This document shows positions 1 to 13,680 of a DNA stretch of 64,000 nucleotides, piece after piece (positions within the stretch are counted from its first letter, which is position 1; each line of letters opens with the position of its first letter). Position numbers and translations under genes: made by a program. The stretch comes from Octopus vulgaris. Its lineage: Eukaryota. Below the pieces are notes generated by a model, which saw only the letters and a program-made list of their open reading frames with translations, searched no databases and was not told where the DNA came from. Location of the stretch: positions 47,306,001 to 47,370,000 of the forward strand of contig OX597837.1 of the NCBI GenBank assembly GCA_951406725.2. Reading direction: 5' to 3'.

Positions 1-245
1 ACTAGGAACGATCTAAATTAGGGACACACACAAAATGAGACCCAGTGAATTAATAAGTTATAATTTATTAATTATCTCTCTATTTTCTTGTCTTATAAGA
101 AATAAATATACATAAACCACTGTTTATATAGTTACCTTGCAGTTGAGAACTGTAACGTTCAACATGCTTTGTATAGATAACTAACCAGTACTTTCATAGG
201 ATTTAGCTATCTTTGAATGAGATTTGTAACCTTTATTTGTACTTC

Positions 246-347
<102 letters not shown>

Positions 348-384
348 AAAAAGGAGATGTGGAACACGAGTTGTGATATATAAA

Positions 385-577
385 AAAAGGAAATGAAGAA
401 AATGCTGATAAAATAATTTAAGTAATTTAAGTAATTTAATTAGGTGAAAGTTCTTTTTACCGATAAGAGGAAAAAACTTTTGATAAGCATAACAAATGCG
501 CAACCGGTAAAAAGAACTTTCACCTAATTAAATTACTTAAATTACTTAAATTATTTTGTCAGCATTTACTTCATTTC

Positions 578-582
<5 letters not shown>
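385..582. repeat. 78-bp inverted repeat (fold-back) between (TA)n tracts
   Basis: 385-462 is the reverse complement of 505-582 with 2 mismatches. Confidence 0.92.
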
Positions 583-644
<62 letters not shown>

Positions 645-879
645 TAAACAAAGTTAGCGGTTATAATAACCGACTAAGGGATAAAAATATCCGTATATAC
701 TATCGATATACGTTACTCGTATCAGCAAACTTCCCCTCTATTTATTACTGAATATTTTCCCCTCTTCTTCATTGTTAAAAGTAAAAAAGCTAGAAAAGAT
801 TGATCGTATTTCATTGTAAATGACTGAAGCTTTCCTTTCTCTGTCTCTATCGTTTCACTCTTTTTCTCCGCGGTTAAAA

Positions 880-1165
880 GAGTGAAGGTGCGTGGCTCAG
901 TGGTTAGGGGTATTCGGCCCACAATCATAAAGCCATGAGTACGATTCCCTGCGGCGCGCTGTGCTATTGAGCAAGGCACTCTACTTCCCCTTGCTGCAGT
1001 CCACTCAGCTGTCAAAAATTAGTTGCACCTGTAATTCTATGTGAGGCTGAATCTCCCTGAGAACTACCTAATGGTATGCATGTCTGTGGAGTACTCAACC
1101 ACTTGCGCATTAATTTTACAAGCAGACTGTTCGTTGATCAGATAAACAGGAATCGACGGAGTGCC
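880..1165 (+). mobile_element. tRNA-derived SINE
   Basis: GGTGCGTGGCTCAGTGGTTAGGG..GTACGATTCCC head; 3' part related to the 15956-16291 element. Confidence 0.75.
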
Positions 1166-1582
1166 ATTAAAAAAAAAAGGTGAAAGGAAAGGAAATGTTC
1201 CATATCGTAAGGCAAAAATGTCGTGGGCTTAGTATAAGCAGTGAAAGCTAAAATGAAATAATTGCTATTCTGCGTTAATGATATGGATGTCTGTGGAGTA
1301 CTCAGCCATTTGCAAGTTAATTTTATCCTCGTGTGGTAATGAAAAGTGAAAGTGACATCCAATTTTTGCTGTAGTTATTTAACAATATGTCTATGTATCT
1401 ACTGTCTCTCTCACTTTCTCTCTTTCTCTTTCACTTCCTCTGTGTCCCTCCTCTCTCCCGCTTTAACATTGTGTGTATGTCGCTATGTATCTACTTTTCT
1501 TGCGATGTGATAAACATTCAAAAACACAAAATGAATACCGTCACCACTCACTGTCTTTTTCATTCTCTCTCTTTATCTTTCA

Positions 1583-1621
<39 letters not shown>

Positions 1622-1822
1622 TCTTACTTCCTCTCTGAAACATTTAAAAACACAAAACGAACACCGTCACCACTCACTCTCTCTCTCTCTTTCTCTTTTA
1701 CTTCCCCTCTGTCCTCCTCTCTCTCGCTTTGCAACTCACTTCTTTGAAGTAAGTGTGACACATACGCCAGGTACATACAAAGAAATACAAAAAACAAAAT
1801 GGCATATTAATATTATTGATAA

Positions 1823-2303
1823 GTTTTGTCTTGGTATAAAAGTTTGGCTACAGCAAATATTCTGCTCAATGCTACAGATTTGTTTGTCAGTTGTTTGACC
1901 GTAACCAGTTGAGTATGTCCCTTAGTGGCTGACGATATGTGCATCTCTGATCACGAGCAGAAGTAGTGAGGGAGAATCATGGCCATGTGTTGAGAGGAAT
2001 TCATTTGGGTTTGGATAATTCACCTTTGGAAACATTGGATGTTTCCTTCAACATCCTTAAATAACCCTCATTTAGGGACTTTTTGAGTGGGATGGGCTAC
2101 TCAACCGGAAAAAAATTCTAAGTGGCTCACACCTTCAAGATCATGTGCTGTTTAACTGGATATGAGATCACCATATCGCGCACATATGGTTGTGATGCAT
2201 GTGCCTGGTGTACCCTTATCAGATGGGTAGTCACGATGGGTATAGAAGGCTTCGTATATTTTACCCCAGTGTCACTTTGATGACATACACTGCTCTTTCA
2301 CTC

Positions 2304-2351
<48 letters not shown>

Positions 2352-2910
2352 TGCCCTGATGTAGTACCAGGCAATGGCTCTCATGGCTTCTCATCGTAAC
2401 TGATTGGAAGTGTTATCATGTACATTGTTTTTTCTTGGTATAAAAGTTTGGCTACAGCAAATATTCTGCTCAATACCACAGATTTGCTTGTCAGTTGTTT
2501 GACCGTAACCAGTTGAGTCTGTCCCTTGGTGGCTGACGATATGTGCATCTCTGATCACGAGCAGAAGTAGTCAGGGAGCATCATAGCCATGTGTTGAGAG
2601 GGATTCTTTGGGGTTTGAATAATTCACCTCTGGAAACATGAATGTTTTGTTCAACATCCTTAAACAACCCTTATTCAGGGACCTTTTGAGCGGGATGAGT
2701 TACTCGACCAGAAGAAAATTCTAACTGGGCCCCACCTGCAAGGTCATGTGCTGTTTATCTTGATATGAGATCACCATGTCACGCACATATGGTTGTGATG
2801 CATGTGCCTGGTGTATCCTTATCAGATGGGTAGTCATGATGGGTATATTGGGCTTCGTGTATTTTACCCCAGTGTCACTTTGATGGCATGAACTGCTCTC
2901 TCAATCAATC

Positions 2911-2958
<48 letters not shown>

Positions 2959-2960
2959 CC
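1823..2960 (+). mobile_element. Two tandem copies of a ~500 bp retroposon-like repeat with (AAT)n tails
   Basis: 1823-2350 and ~2351-2960 are similar and both end CAGTGTCACTTTGAT...CTC+(AAT)n. Other copies at 10200-10720, 47393-47845, 55510-55960 and 63295-63745 (minus). Confidence 0.85.
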
Positions 2961-3167
2961 TGCCTACCATAGGCACAAGGCCTGAAAATGGGGGAGGAGG
3001 GTAGTCGATTACATCGATCTCAGTACTCATCTGGTACTTAATCTGTCGAATCCGAAAGGACGAAAGAAAAAGCCAACCTTAGCGGAATTTAACTCAGAAC
3101 GTAGCGACGAGCAAAATATCGCTATGCATTTTGCCCGGCGTGCTAACGATTCTGCCAGGTCGCCGCC

Positions 3168-3170
<3 letters not shown>
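2960..3170 (-). mobile_element. SINE
   Basis: AGGCACAAGGCCTGAAA..GTCGATTACATCGA..GGAATTTAACTCAGAACG family, shared with 13970-14130 and 29002-29222. Confidence 0.85.
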
Positions 3171-3225
<55 letters not shown>

Positions 3226-3242
3226 TGATAATAATAATAATA

Positions 3243-3303
<61 letters not shown>

Positions 3304-3368
3304 TGATAATAATAGTAATAATAATAATAATAATAATGATAATAATAATAATAATGATAATAATAATG

Positions 3369-3426
<58 letters not shown>

Positions 3427-3542
3427 TAATAGTAATAATAATAATAATAATAACAACAATAATAATAATAATAATAATAATGATAATAATAATAATAATG
3501 ACAATAATAATAATAATAATAATGATAATAATAATAATAATG

Positions 3543-3613
<71 letters not shown>
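3170..3613. repeat. (AAT)n microsatellite
   Basis: Seen directly. Confidence 0.98.
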
Positions 3614-3988
3614 TCTTTTATTGCCCACAAGGGCTATTATAAAAGCAACATGAAATGACAAAACAGGACGATACAAATAATAATAATAATAATAATAATG
3701 TGTAGGGGTTGAAGGATAGTTTGAATATGGCCGATGTAGTGTAGCTCGAAGAATGACGTCGACGTCGACGACGGTAATGACGAAGAGGAAGAGGAAGAAG
3801 TTTTCTGTTTCTCGCTTTTCGTGACGTTGTTGTATTATCTTAACGACTTCTCTCGCTTCTTCATAACAATATCAGGAATATTTATGGAAACAAAAATCCA
3901 AATGACTAGTTAATCCTTCACGTCTGTCATTTCTAAGGTTTTCCGTTTTGACGCGAGCAATCGATTTATATTACTCCCGCTCGCTTAG

Positions 3989-4048
<60 letters not shown>

Positions 4049-4056
4049 AATCTATC

Positions 4057-4124
<68 letters not shown>

Positions 4125-4172
4125 CATCTCTCTCTCTCACTCTCTCTCTCTATCTATCTGTCTATCTGTATG

Positions 4173-4254
<82 letters not shown>

Positions 4255-4255
4255 A

Positions 4256-4316
<61 letters not shown>
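3989..4316. repeat. (TC)n plus (TATC)n microsatellite
   Basis: Seen directly. Confidence 0.97.
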
Positions 4317-5074
4317 ACTATGTCTCACACACATTTATACTCAACCATGTATACACAGAAGTATGACCACATATATATTTATTATATATACACACATACA
4401 TACATGCATATTTACACACACACATATATTTATAGAGCAATACTTTTATATTCGAGTGTACAACTTGTTAAATGCTGTTCAAATGCTGTCCAGTTTTCGG
4501 CTACCTGATGTCAACAACATTATAGAGGTCTATGCCAGTGGATTTACGTCAGGAGTTCGTTTGTGTCCGTAGAGTTTATACCAGTACACAATGAATAGAA
4601 ACGATTGTAGTTCTTCTAAATGAAGAGTCTTGTGAATTCCATTTACTTGTCTTGCATTATATATTGCGCTTATGCCCCGTGAGACTAATAACCTGGTGTA
4701 GAACTCAAACTACGGATATTTCAGAACAAAGTGTAAGATGAGTACTGAGCGGTAATAAGAAAAAGAGATGACATGGGAAAAACAATGGTTATGTTATGAA
4801 CTCCATTTGCTTTACAGCTGTTTCTGCTATAGTATGCAGTGGGCTCTTATTTGAGCACATATATAAATACATATACATACATTCATACATATATACACAC
4901 ACATGTACACATAAATATACACATAGGATGTTATTCAGATAACATCCTATAGCTTCGTCAGAGCCTCGAATATGAAGTGCAAGTAATTTGGGAAAAAGGA
5001 ATATACAGGGAAAGAGGTAGATAGCTGGTATGTAATTGTACATTTGTTTCCATGTATTATGTATTGTGTAAAAA

Positions 5075-5165
5075 CATCCTGATGAGGGGAGCGTCAATTT
5101 CGAATATATGAAATGTTTCATATTAATTGGCGCCTCTCCGAAACGTACGACTTATAGGAAGATGA
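5075..5165 (+). ncRNA. Degenerate hammerhead ribozyme
   Basis: CTGATGA, long stem II (GGGGAGCGTCAATT/AATTGGCGCCTCTCC), then GAAACGTACG. Cleavage triplet reads GAC instead of GTC. Confidence 0.55.
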
Positions 5166-5828
5166 ACATTTTTGTAGATGAACATTTTTGTAATTTTGTA
5201 TATATAATTTTTTCGGTATTTTTTCTGGAATTTTAATTCGTCAATTTAATATGCCATTGTATGTTTTATTGTCCCAAATTTTTTATTTAACAAGTAATTT
5301 ACCAAACGTTTCATGATTTTAAGCGTAAATTCAATGTGCTTTGTATGCAACACTGATTCTTATATATTTATATATATTGTATGGTGTTTATTTATTTATA
5401 TATTATTATATACTTTTAAACGTCGGGCTTTATGTCTGTTCTGTGGATATAAATGACTATATGAATATATGTATGTGTTTGATCTTTCTGTGGATTTTGT
5501 AATGTTCCTTTTGTTGCTGCTCACATTGCCTCTGCTCAGATTAACAAGTCGAATATAGCACATTTGGAGCACTACAACTCCTGTCTGTCTTATATTTTGA
5601 GTATTGTTATTACTAGCGATCTCAAGATATGCACTACATAACGAAGACAAGACACGATGTAGTTAAAGGAATTTGAGAAATTTGAAAAGTTTACACGAAA
5701 CCGGTTATTTCTCCAAAAGCTATATTACTATACACAAAATTTTCTAACATTTTTCTAACATAACGACTTAAATATATTCTTTAATCTTATAAAACAAGCC
5801 TTCTATAGTTTTTTCACTCTTTTCTATT

Positions 5829-5871
<43 letters not shown>

Positions 5872-6632
5872 AGTATGTATGTATATGCTGCGCCATTTAA
5901 CTGAACAATGCAATCATTACATTTTCTTCTGATTCTTAGCTTATGATAAATATATAGATAGCACGATTTATCGCCCCAGTATTCCACAAGTAAATACCCA
6001 GAGCAGTCTTTATAGAATTAATTAAGTACATGAATGAATAGTAAACTAATTCTGTGTAATCTTCCCTTTCTAATGTTGAAAATTGGTATATGTACACATT
6101 TTATTTAATCTGGTTATAATATCATTTTTAAAAACCTTAGATTTTATCTTTATGCAACATAACAATATCGTTTATATACAATCACCAACAGTACCCCATG
6201 ATAATTTCCTCTGTATTAACATCATAGGTTTTATTAGCGTCTTGCTCTTTTAACTGGTAATTAGAATCTTGATTTAGAGTTTCCCCCTACCCAGCCTCCT
6301 TTATAGACTGTTACTTTATACTAATCCTAAAATCCTGACAATATTTATGACCATACCCACCTATGTGCTATCAACTCACTCCTGCCCTCCATTCTAAACA
6401 GACAGTCCTCTAGTCTTAGATTTTGTAGTTGATAATAAGACTAATAAATTAAAAATGAACCACAATCCTTTACAAGCTATGACCCCAACAAACTTCATAC
6501 AGTTCTTAGAATTGTAGTATATTCTTAGCTACATTAGTGGCAACATGGCCTTTTTCCCTATTCTTGCTCTATCAGAACATTTGAATAAAATTATATCAAT
6601 GTGTCCAACTGATAAAAAAATTGTATTTATTT

Positions 6633-6721
6633 ATGCAACTGAGGATAGTCCTGCATTTAAATTGATGTAATGATTGCATTGTTCAATTTAAATTGAACCA
6701 CTTGAAACGGTCGTACTGCAT
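6633..6721 (+). ncRNA. Degenerate type I hammerhead ribozyme (Penelope-associated)
   Basis: ATGCAA-CTGAGGA-[ATTTAAATTGA/TCAATTTAAAT stem]-GAAAC-GGTC-GTA-CTGCAT. The base pairs closing stems I and II are mismatched. Confidence 0.55.
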
Positions 6722-6851
6722 CACCTCTTGATATCCTATTGTTTATTTTGATTTTATTCACCTTACTTTGAGTTGTACGGATAATACCGCACTGATCTGG
6801 TGCTTCAACTTAAGTACCTAATTCAACTATATATATATATGTGTGTATATG

Positions 6852-6929
<78 letters not shown>

Positions 6930-6989
6930 AATTTGTGTAAATATGTACTGAATATTGTATCAGTTAAATAAAGTTAAAACCTTTCAACC

Positions 6990-9060
6990 TCACATGTGCC
7001 AAGTATTTTGTGGAAAGGAAAAATTAGAAACATTTCCTGACCATATGCTTCTCTCAATGGAATTTGGCGAACATTAATGTTCCAGATTTGCTGTCTGCAG
7101 ACTCGTGAGCGCTACGATAATTCATTCCCTGTCTCGCCAATTTCTGGATCCTTGCAATTAGGGCATTTAATGCAGTAGATCAAATTTCAGCTTTTGAAGT
7201 TCATATCTACATTTACTGTCTATTTTTTTTTGTTCCAATGGATCTTCCCGTCTGCATGTATTGACACGTTACACATCTGTTATCAATATACTTGGATACT
7301 GCTAATGTTTTATCCTGCTTGTTCATGTTGAATTTTGCCTTTGTTATAAGTTTCTTCACGATGTAGAGTTGCTTTTTGCTTATGATAAGTGATTAGTTAT
7401 TATGTTTTTTAATTTTTCACTGTTTCATGATTGGCAAATTTGTTTTGATGTTTCAAATGTTTTGGTGATACGGATGGTACCTTACTAGAAATGGTATTGT
7501 GTTCTTTTTATGGGTTCGTCTTTCTCGTGTTGGCCTAAACTGATCTAGAGGTGTCTCTTTTACTCGTTGTATGCTATTTTCTATAAGTAGCAGAGTGTAT
7601 TTTTGCTTGAGCAGAAATCCTTTGAGTTCTATAAGTCGTACGTTCCTGGTATTTCGGTTATCTACAATAGTATAAATTTTCCTGGCTAGACAGTACGGGA
7701 TGTTGCGCTTTGTGTGTGTCGGGTGGCATGATTTGAAATTTAGGTTCTGGTTGCATCTATGCTTTTGCAATAAATATCAGTTATGATTGTGGTGCTGTTT
7801 TTAATTACCATTATGTCAAGAAATAATTATGTGAATTTGAGACTAGGGTGTCGATCGTTTTGAGGAGGGTGCTGATTTCTTCCAGATTTTCTAGGGACTT
7901 GGTCCAAATTAGGAAACAATCATCTAGGTATCTCTTCCATGTGTCCTCTATGTCTCTTCAATTTTTTAATATAGGTTTTGTTCCAAGTATCCCAATACTG
8001 AGTTCGCGAAAACTGGAGCAAATCGGTCTCCGCAGATGTGCCTCGAATTTGGAGGTAGTTTTTACGTTGAAAAGGAACGTATTGTTTTCGAGGATGAGGC
8101 TGGCCGAGTCTAGTTTGAAGGTTACAGGAAATCTACTGAGAATCGCTTCTCTATGTTTCTCAACCCAATATTTTATGGCAATAATTCCCAAATCATGGGA
8201 AATGTTCGTATGTAAGTTTGTTACATCAAAACTAAGAGTGAATTGGATTCTGTTGTTTTCAGCAGATGTGACAGGAAATCAATGTCATCCTGAATGAAGC
8301 TGGGTATGTGATTACATAATAGTTTTAGGATAATGTCAATGAGGTTGCTCAGACGATGTGTCGGACAGGCTGCACCTTAGTTTAAGGTCTTTCGTTTGTA
8401 GTAGTCTTATGTATTCACTACCTTGTTTTATTTTATAGCATTTTGTATTTGTTTTGATGTATGTATTTCAGGTAAGCCATAGAAGTTGCTGGATTTCGAC
8501 TCAAAATTGGTAATATAGTCCTTCATTAGGAGCGACGGAGTGATAACGTTTCAAGACCAAATAATCGAGTTTCTTCATGATGTGGTGGTCAATATTTGAG
8601 GGTATTTCACGGTAGAACGTTGTAGTCTTCAAAAGATCTTCAGCTAGATCCCGGTAATATTCCGTATCCATTATAACAATGGCATCCTCTTTATCCGTTT
8701 GTTTCATGACAATTGTGTTGTTATTTTTAAGACGTACAAGGACTGACTTTTCTAGTTTTGGAATGTTTGGTCTGGCATCGATGTTATGCCTCAGTGGAAA
8801 TCTGGAAAGGATATCAATGAACTGATCTAGATGTGCATTTCGTCCTTTTGGCAGGTTAAATTTTGATTTATTTTTCGCCAAGGATTCGTCATTCTCATTA
8901 TTTTTATCAAAAAAAAAACTTCACAAGTCATAGTTTCTGACAAAAGTTTTGGATATCTTCCCCAATTCTTGATGGTTGACTGAAGGTGTGAAGTTTTGTC
9001 CTTTCATCAATAATCGAAGTTCGTCGCTGTCTATATTTCCAATTGACAGATTAATATCCT
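6990..9060 (-). mobile_element. Penelope-like retroelement, decayed RT plus GIY-YIG
   Basis: ORF fragments 'KQTDKEDAIVIMDTEYYR', 'LILENNTFLFN' and 'HPTHTKRNIPYCLARKI' are typical of PLE RT and thumb. Cys-rich / 'IGETG' remnant near 7130-7180. Many stops. Confidence 0.85.
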
Positions 9061-9591
9061 ATCAGTTGTTTCACAGTTATTTCTTCTTGAACTTTTTCTT
9101 GCTCCGCTGTGTGCCGCCCTGATCCTAAAATCACGGTGACGAGCGGCACAAAGAAGTACGATCGCGTCCACGTGGACGGAAACATGCGGCAGAAGGAGCA
9201 GAGCACGACATTTGTCACGGCCTTTTCCACGATCTTCGCCACGGCGTTAGCGGCGGCCTTAGCCACGGCGTTAGCGGCGGCCTTAGCCACGGCTTTCGTC
9301 ACGGCCCCCTCCACCGGCCGCCGGTCAGGTGATGCGAACCTTCCAGACCAGTTGAATAAACCTATCAGTAATGACTACTGGACACTGCTGCAAGCCAAAT
9401 ATGGTCAAATAAAGGAATTGTATGTAATGAGCATTATTTTAAAATTGTTTCTTGTATATCACTCTGTAGAAACTCCAGTTTATTTGGAGGCCATCCAAGA
9501 ATTTACACCGAAGAGCCATAACCTCGGAACCTACCAAAAGATTACTTGGAGTTCTTCACTAATCTAAGTAATACATTGTTAGCCTGCTTGA

Positions 9592-9653
<62 letters not shown>

Positions 9654-9949
9654 CATATGTATGTATAATTCATATACGATATGTGTACATAATTTCTGTA
9701 CATACACGGTTGTGTATAAATGTGTGTGTGTGTCTGTGTCTGCGGAGGTGCTGAGCGAGCGGGAGTAATATGAATCGATTGCTCGCGTCAAATGGAAAAC
9801 CTTAGAAATGACAGACGTGAAGGATTAACAAATCATTTGGATTTGGGATCCTGTAAATGTTCTTCATATTGCTATGAAGAAACGAGAGAATTCGTTCTGG
9901 TAAAACGGCAACATGTCGTAAAAGTGATGGACGGAAAACTCCTCCACCT

Positions 9950-9975
9950 CCTCTTCCTCCTCTTCCTTCTCTTCC

Positions 9976-10006
<31 letters not shown>

Positions 10007-10106
10007 CTTCTTCTTCTTCTTCTTCTTCTTCTTCTTCTTCTTCTTCTTCTTCTTCTTCTTCTTCTTCTTCTTCTTCTTCTTCTTCTTCTTCTTCTTCTTC
10101 TTCTTC
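9950..10106. repeat. (TTC)n microsatellite
   Basis: Seen directly. Confidence 0.97.
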
Positions 10107-10199
10107 ATCATTATCGTTATCATTATTCCTTATGGTCCATTCTATTAACCATGTTCAAACTGTCGTTCAACAACCGTATTATTATAATTATTATTATTA

Positions 10200-10720
10200 T
10201 TGAGTGAGAGAACAGTGCATGCCATCAAAGTGACACTGGGGTAAAATATACGAAGCCCAATATACCCATCATGACTACCCGTCTGATAAAGGTACACCAG
10301 GCACATGCATCACAACCATATGTGTGCGACATGGTGATCTCATATCAAGATAAACAGCACATGACCTTGCAGGTGGGGCCCAGTTAGAATTTTCTTCAGG
10401 TTGAGTAGCCCATCCCGCTCAAAAGGTCCCTGAATAAGGGTTGTTTAAGGATGTTGAAAGAACCACCCATGTTTCCAGAGGTGATTTATTCAAACCCCAA
10501 AGAATCCCTCTCAACACATGGCTATGATGCTCCCCCACTACTTCTGCTCGTGATCAGAGATGCACATATCGTCAGCCACTAAGGGACACATTCAACTGGT
10601 TAAGGTCAAACAACTGACAAGCAAATCTGTGGTATTGAGCAGAATATTTGCTGTAGCCCATCTTTTATACCAAGACAAAACAATGTACGTGATAACACTT
10701 CCAATCAGTTAAGATCAGAA
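10200..10720 (-). mobile_element. ~500 bp (AAT)n-tailed retroposon-like repeat
   Basis: Reverse complement of 2390-2900. Confidence 0.85.
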
Positions 10721-10728
10721 TATTATTA

Positions 10729-10781
<53 letters not shown>

Positions 10782-10791
10782 GTTATTGTTA

Positions 10792-10835
<44 letters not shown>

Positions 10836-10852
10836 GTTATTATTATTATTAC

Positions 10853-10925
<73 letters not shown>

Positions 10926-10935
10926 GTTATTGTTA

Positions 10936-10973
<38 letters not shown>

Positions 10974-11127
10974 GTTATTGTTATTATTATTATTATTATT
11001 ATTATTGTTATTGTTATTGTTATTATTATTATTACTATTATTATTATTATTATTGTTGTTGTTATTATTATTATTATTATTATTATTGTTATTGTTATTA
11101 TTATTATTATTATTATTATTGTTGTTG

Positions 11128-11159
<32 letters not shown>

Positions 11160-11163
11160 GTTG

Positions 11164-11201
<38 letters not shown>

Positions 11202-11211
11202 GTTGTTGTTG

Positions 11212-11258
<47 letters not shown>

Positions 11259-11262
11259 GTTA

Positions 11263-11297
<35 letters not shown>

Positions 11298-11331
11298 GTT
11301 GTTGTTATTATTATTATTATTATTATTGTTA

Positions 11332-11369
<38 letters not shown>

Positions 11370-11379
11370 GTTGTTGTTG

Positions 11380-11448
<69 letters not shown>
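10720..11448. repeat. (TTA/TTG)n microsatellite, ~730 bp
   Basis: Seen directly. Confidence 0.98.
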
Positions 11449-11449
<1 letters not shown>

Positions 11450-11459
11450 GGCCGTTAGT

Positions 11460-12290
11460 CTCCTTGCAAAATATTCTCTTCGTTTTCTTCTCAACATGCT
11501 TGATGAGATGAAAAATCTTCGGCAACTCGTTTCCCGACAGCTTGAACGAACAGGGCTGGATGCATCGCCGGGCTTTGTCCTTAAATGTGGTGTCAGCAGA
11601 GACTGGAAACCGTTGGAGCAGGACTAGACGACCGTGGCTAAGAACGGCTTCTGCTGCGAGGACGACGGGAGCTGTCGTGTTCTCGCCACAGTTGGGAAAC
11701 GCGACGTGTTCATGCATCGACTCTCTCCAAAATGTCGTCGCGTGAGGAGGCAGGAGACTCTGTAGTAGTAGAGGAAGCTACTACGGGATCCGAGCAGGTA
11801 TGGCCAGGTGCGGGCTACACGGTAAACTCTATGACCTTGTCCGCCATGGTGGCTATCTGATTGAGCGTATTGGAGTCGACCGTTGTGACCAGCATCGGTT
11901 GGACATTCGGCGGTAGACGAGAGAAAAACAGTTTCCTTAGCAGAGGATTGTCCTCAAGTGGAATGTCGCTAAGTTCTCGCAACCCACGAAGAAACTCAGA
12001 TGGTGTCCTATTCCCCAGGGGTTCATCCTGTATCAGTGTCCGGAATTTACTCTCCGCGGATTGTGTGTTCCGACGGATTTGACTGACGCGTAAGTCGCGT
12101 CCGAATGTGGTTCGGTGATGAGATCTTTGACTGAGCGTGCAAGAGGTGAAGGCATTCCACGGTACAAAAGGTCCAGGTGAGGCACAGCATGGGCGGAAAA
12201 ATATGCATCCAATTGAGCAAACCAAAGTGTGACGTCACCAGAGTATGTGGTGGGCATGGTGGGAAGACTCAACTTTTACAGAGGAAAGAA
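11460..12290 (-). mobile_element. Ty3/gypsy LTR-retrotransposon gag remnant
   Basis: 'LWFAQLDAYF', 'LGNRTPSEFLRGLREL...LFFSRLPPNVQ...MADKV' and the knuckle-like 'FKDKARRCIQPCSF'. Confidence 0.85.
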
Positions 12291-12419
12291 AGGAAAAGGA
12301 AAAAAGCCTGGGACCAAAGAACCAACGAAAGTGTTGGAATAATAAACGTGTGAGCAGAAAATGGTGGTACTCAGAATAGGCAGCGTAAATGCACGTTGCC
12401 TGGGATCGCCTTAGAAGCG

Positions 12420-13680
12420 GGATCACTTACTCAACGGCCTCAGGGCACTGAAGGTCGGTCTGGTGGACATTACTGAAACCAGAATTTCTGAGATTTCCAA
12501 CCCATTTTCTGTGACTATGAAGTGTACGTATCTCCAAGTCATCCGAGAGCAGAAATCTGAGTCGCCATTTATTTCGGAAAAATCCGTATCTCACGATACG
12601 GACCAACTTCCTGGATCCAGAATTGAAGTCAGTAGTGTTGGACGTGACCGGTAGTGAAGGACATACTATCAGGCTAATTGTCGTCTATGCCCCGAGAGGG
12701 TCAGGACTATCAGATTTCATCAGGCGTCTGGAAACTTTTCTGGGAACGTCCCGCTCTTTAGTGTTAGTGGGAGATTGGAACGGATTCTTAGGTGCACGGT
12801 GGAACTGTGTGGGTTTAGTGGATAGGGGAGGAGGGAGCAAAAACCTCGCAAACCTGCTCAGACGATTCCACCTGCCCGACAGGTATGAACTGGATTTCCT
12901 TGATAGGCCAGTGTGGATCTGATCAAACCGCATCGGGTTATTCAGGTTTTATCTAGATAGGGTATTCTATAGAGAAGCAGATAAGCATAGCATAGGTTGC
13001 CCATAATTTAAAACACTCGACTACACAGACCACAGATTCGTGATCTGTACAGTCGACTTAGATAGGGCCCATAGACAGGAGCCCAGTTACTGGATGATGA
13101 ACGCGTCCTTGTCGGCGCGCAAAGCTTTCGGAGACCAGATTAGTGAATTAGTTAAGCGGGCGTTGATGGAGCAATCGTCAATAATAAATGGTAGTTAGCC
13201 CTCAAAAGGGTGATTAGAATAGAATTGATAAGGTTTAGCAAAGGATCAGCTGTAGAAAGAAACAAAATAGAGGCAGAGCTAGTCAGGATGTTAGGTGAGG
13301 CTTTTAGGAAAGGCATTATGACCGACGTGATTGGCACTCGAAAAATTCTTTGACGCGAAACATGAAGGTTGCGTTGTCAGAGCTAAGATGCGTGCTCTTA
13401 GACATGAAGGGACGAAAACCATTCAATGGGCCCGAGTGGCAAAGACACGGTGGGGCAATAAACCCACGATCCGATCCTTACTGGACTACGACGGACAAAC
13501 GATAATCGATCCCAATCAGTGGTGTGTGGCTTTTTAGCTCAACTGTTCTGGAAATAGCGGTTAACCGAGTCTAGACTTCATTCATACCTCAACGTATTGT
13601 CGCGGCTCTCGACAACGAGGTGAAGCATTGGGAAAGGCCGATAACAGCTCCTGAAATACGGGAAACAATGACTAACATTA
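12420..13680 (+). mobile_element. Tx1/L1-clade LINE ORF2 remnant (APE endonuclease and linker)
   Basis: 'LIVVYAP', 'LVLVGDWN', 'YLDRV' and 'DYTDH' motifs, with stops. Confidence 0.85.

Noticed and set aside
3094-11717. Poly-N/I/L/K/F ORFs
   Set aside because: Microsatellite translations of (AAT)n, (TTC)n and (TATC)n.
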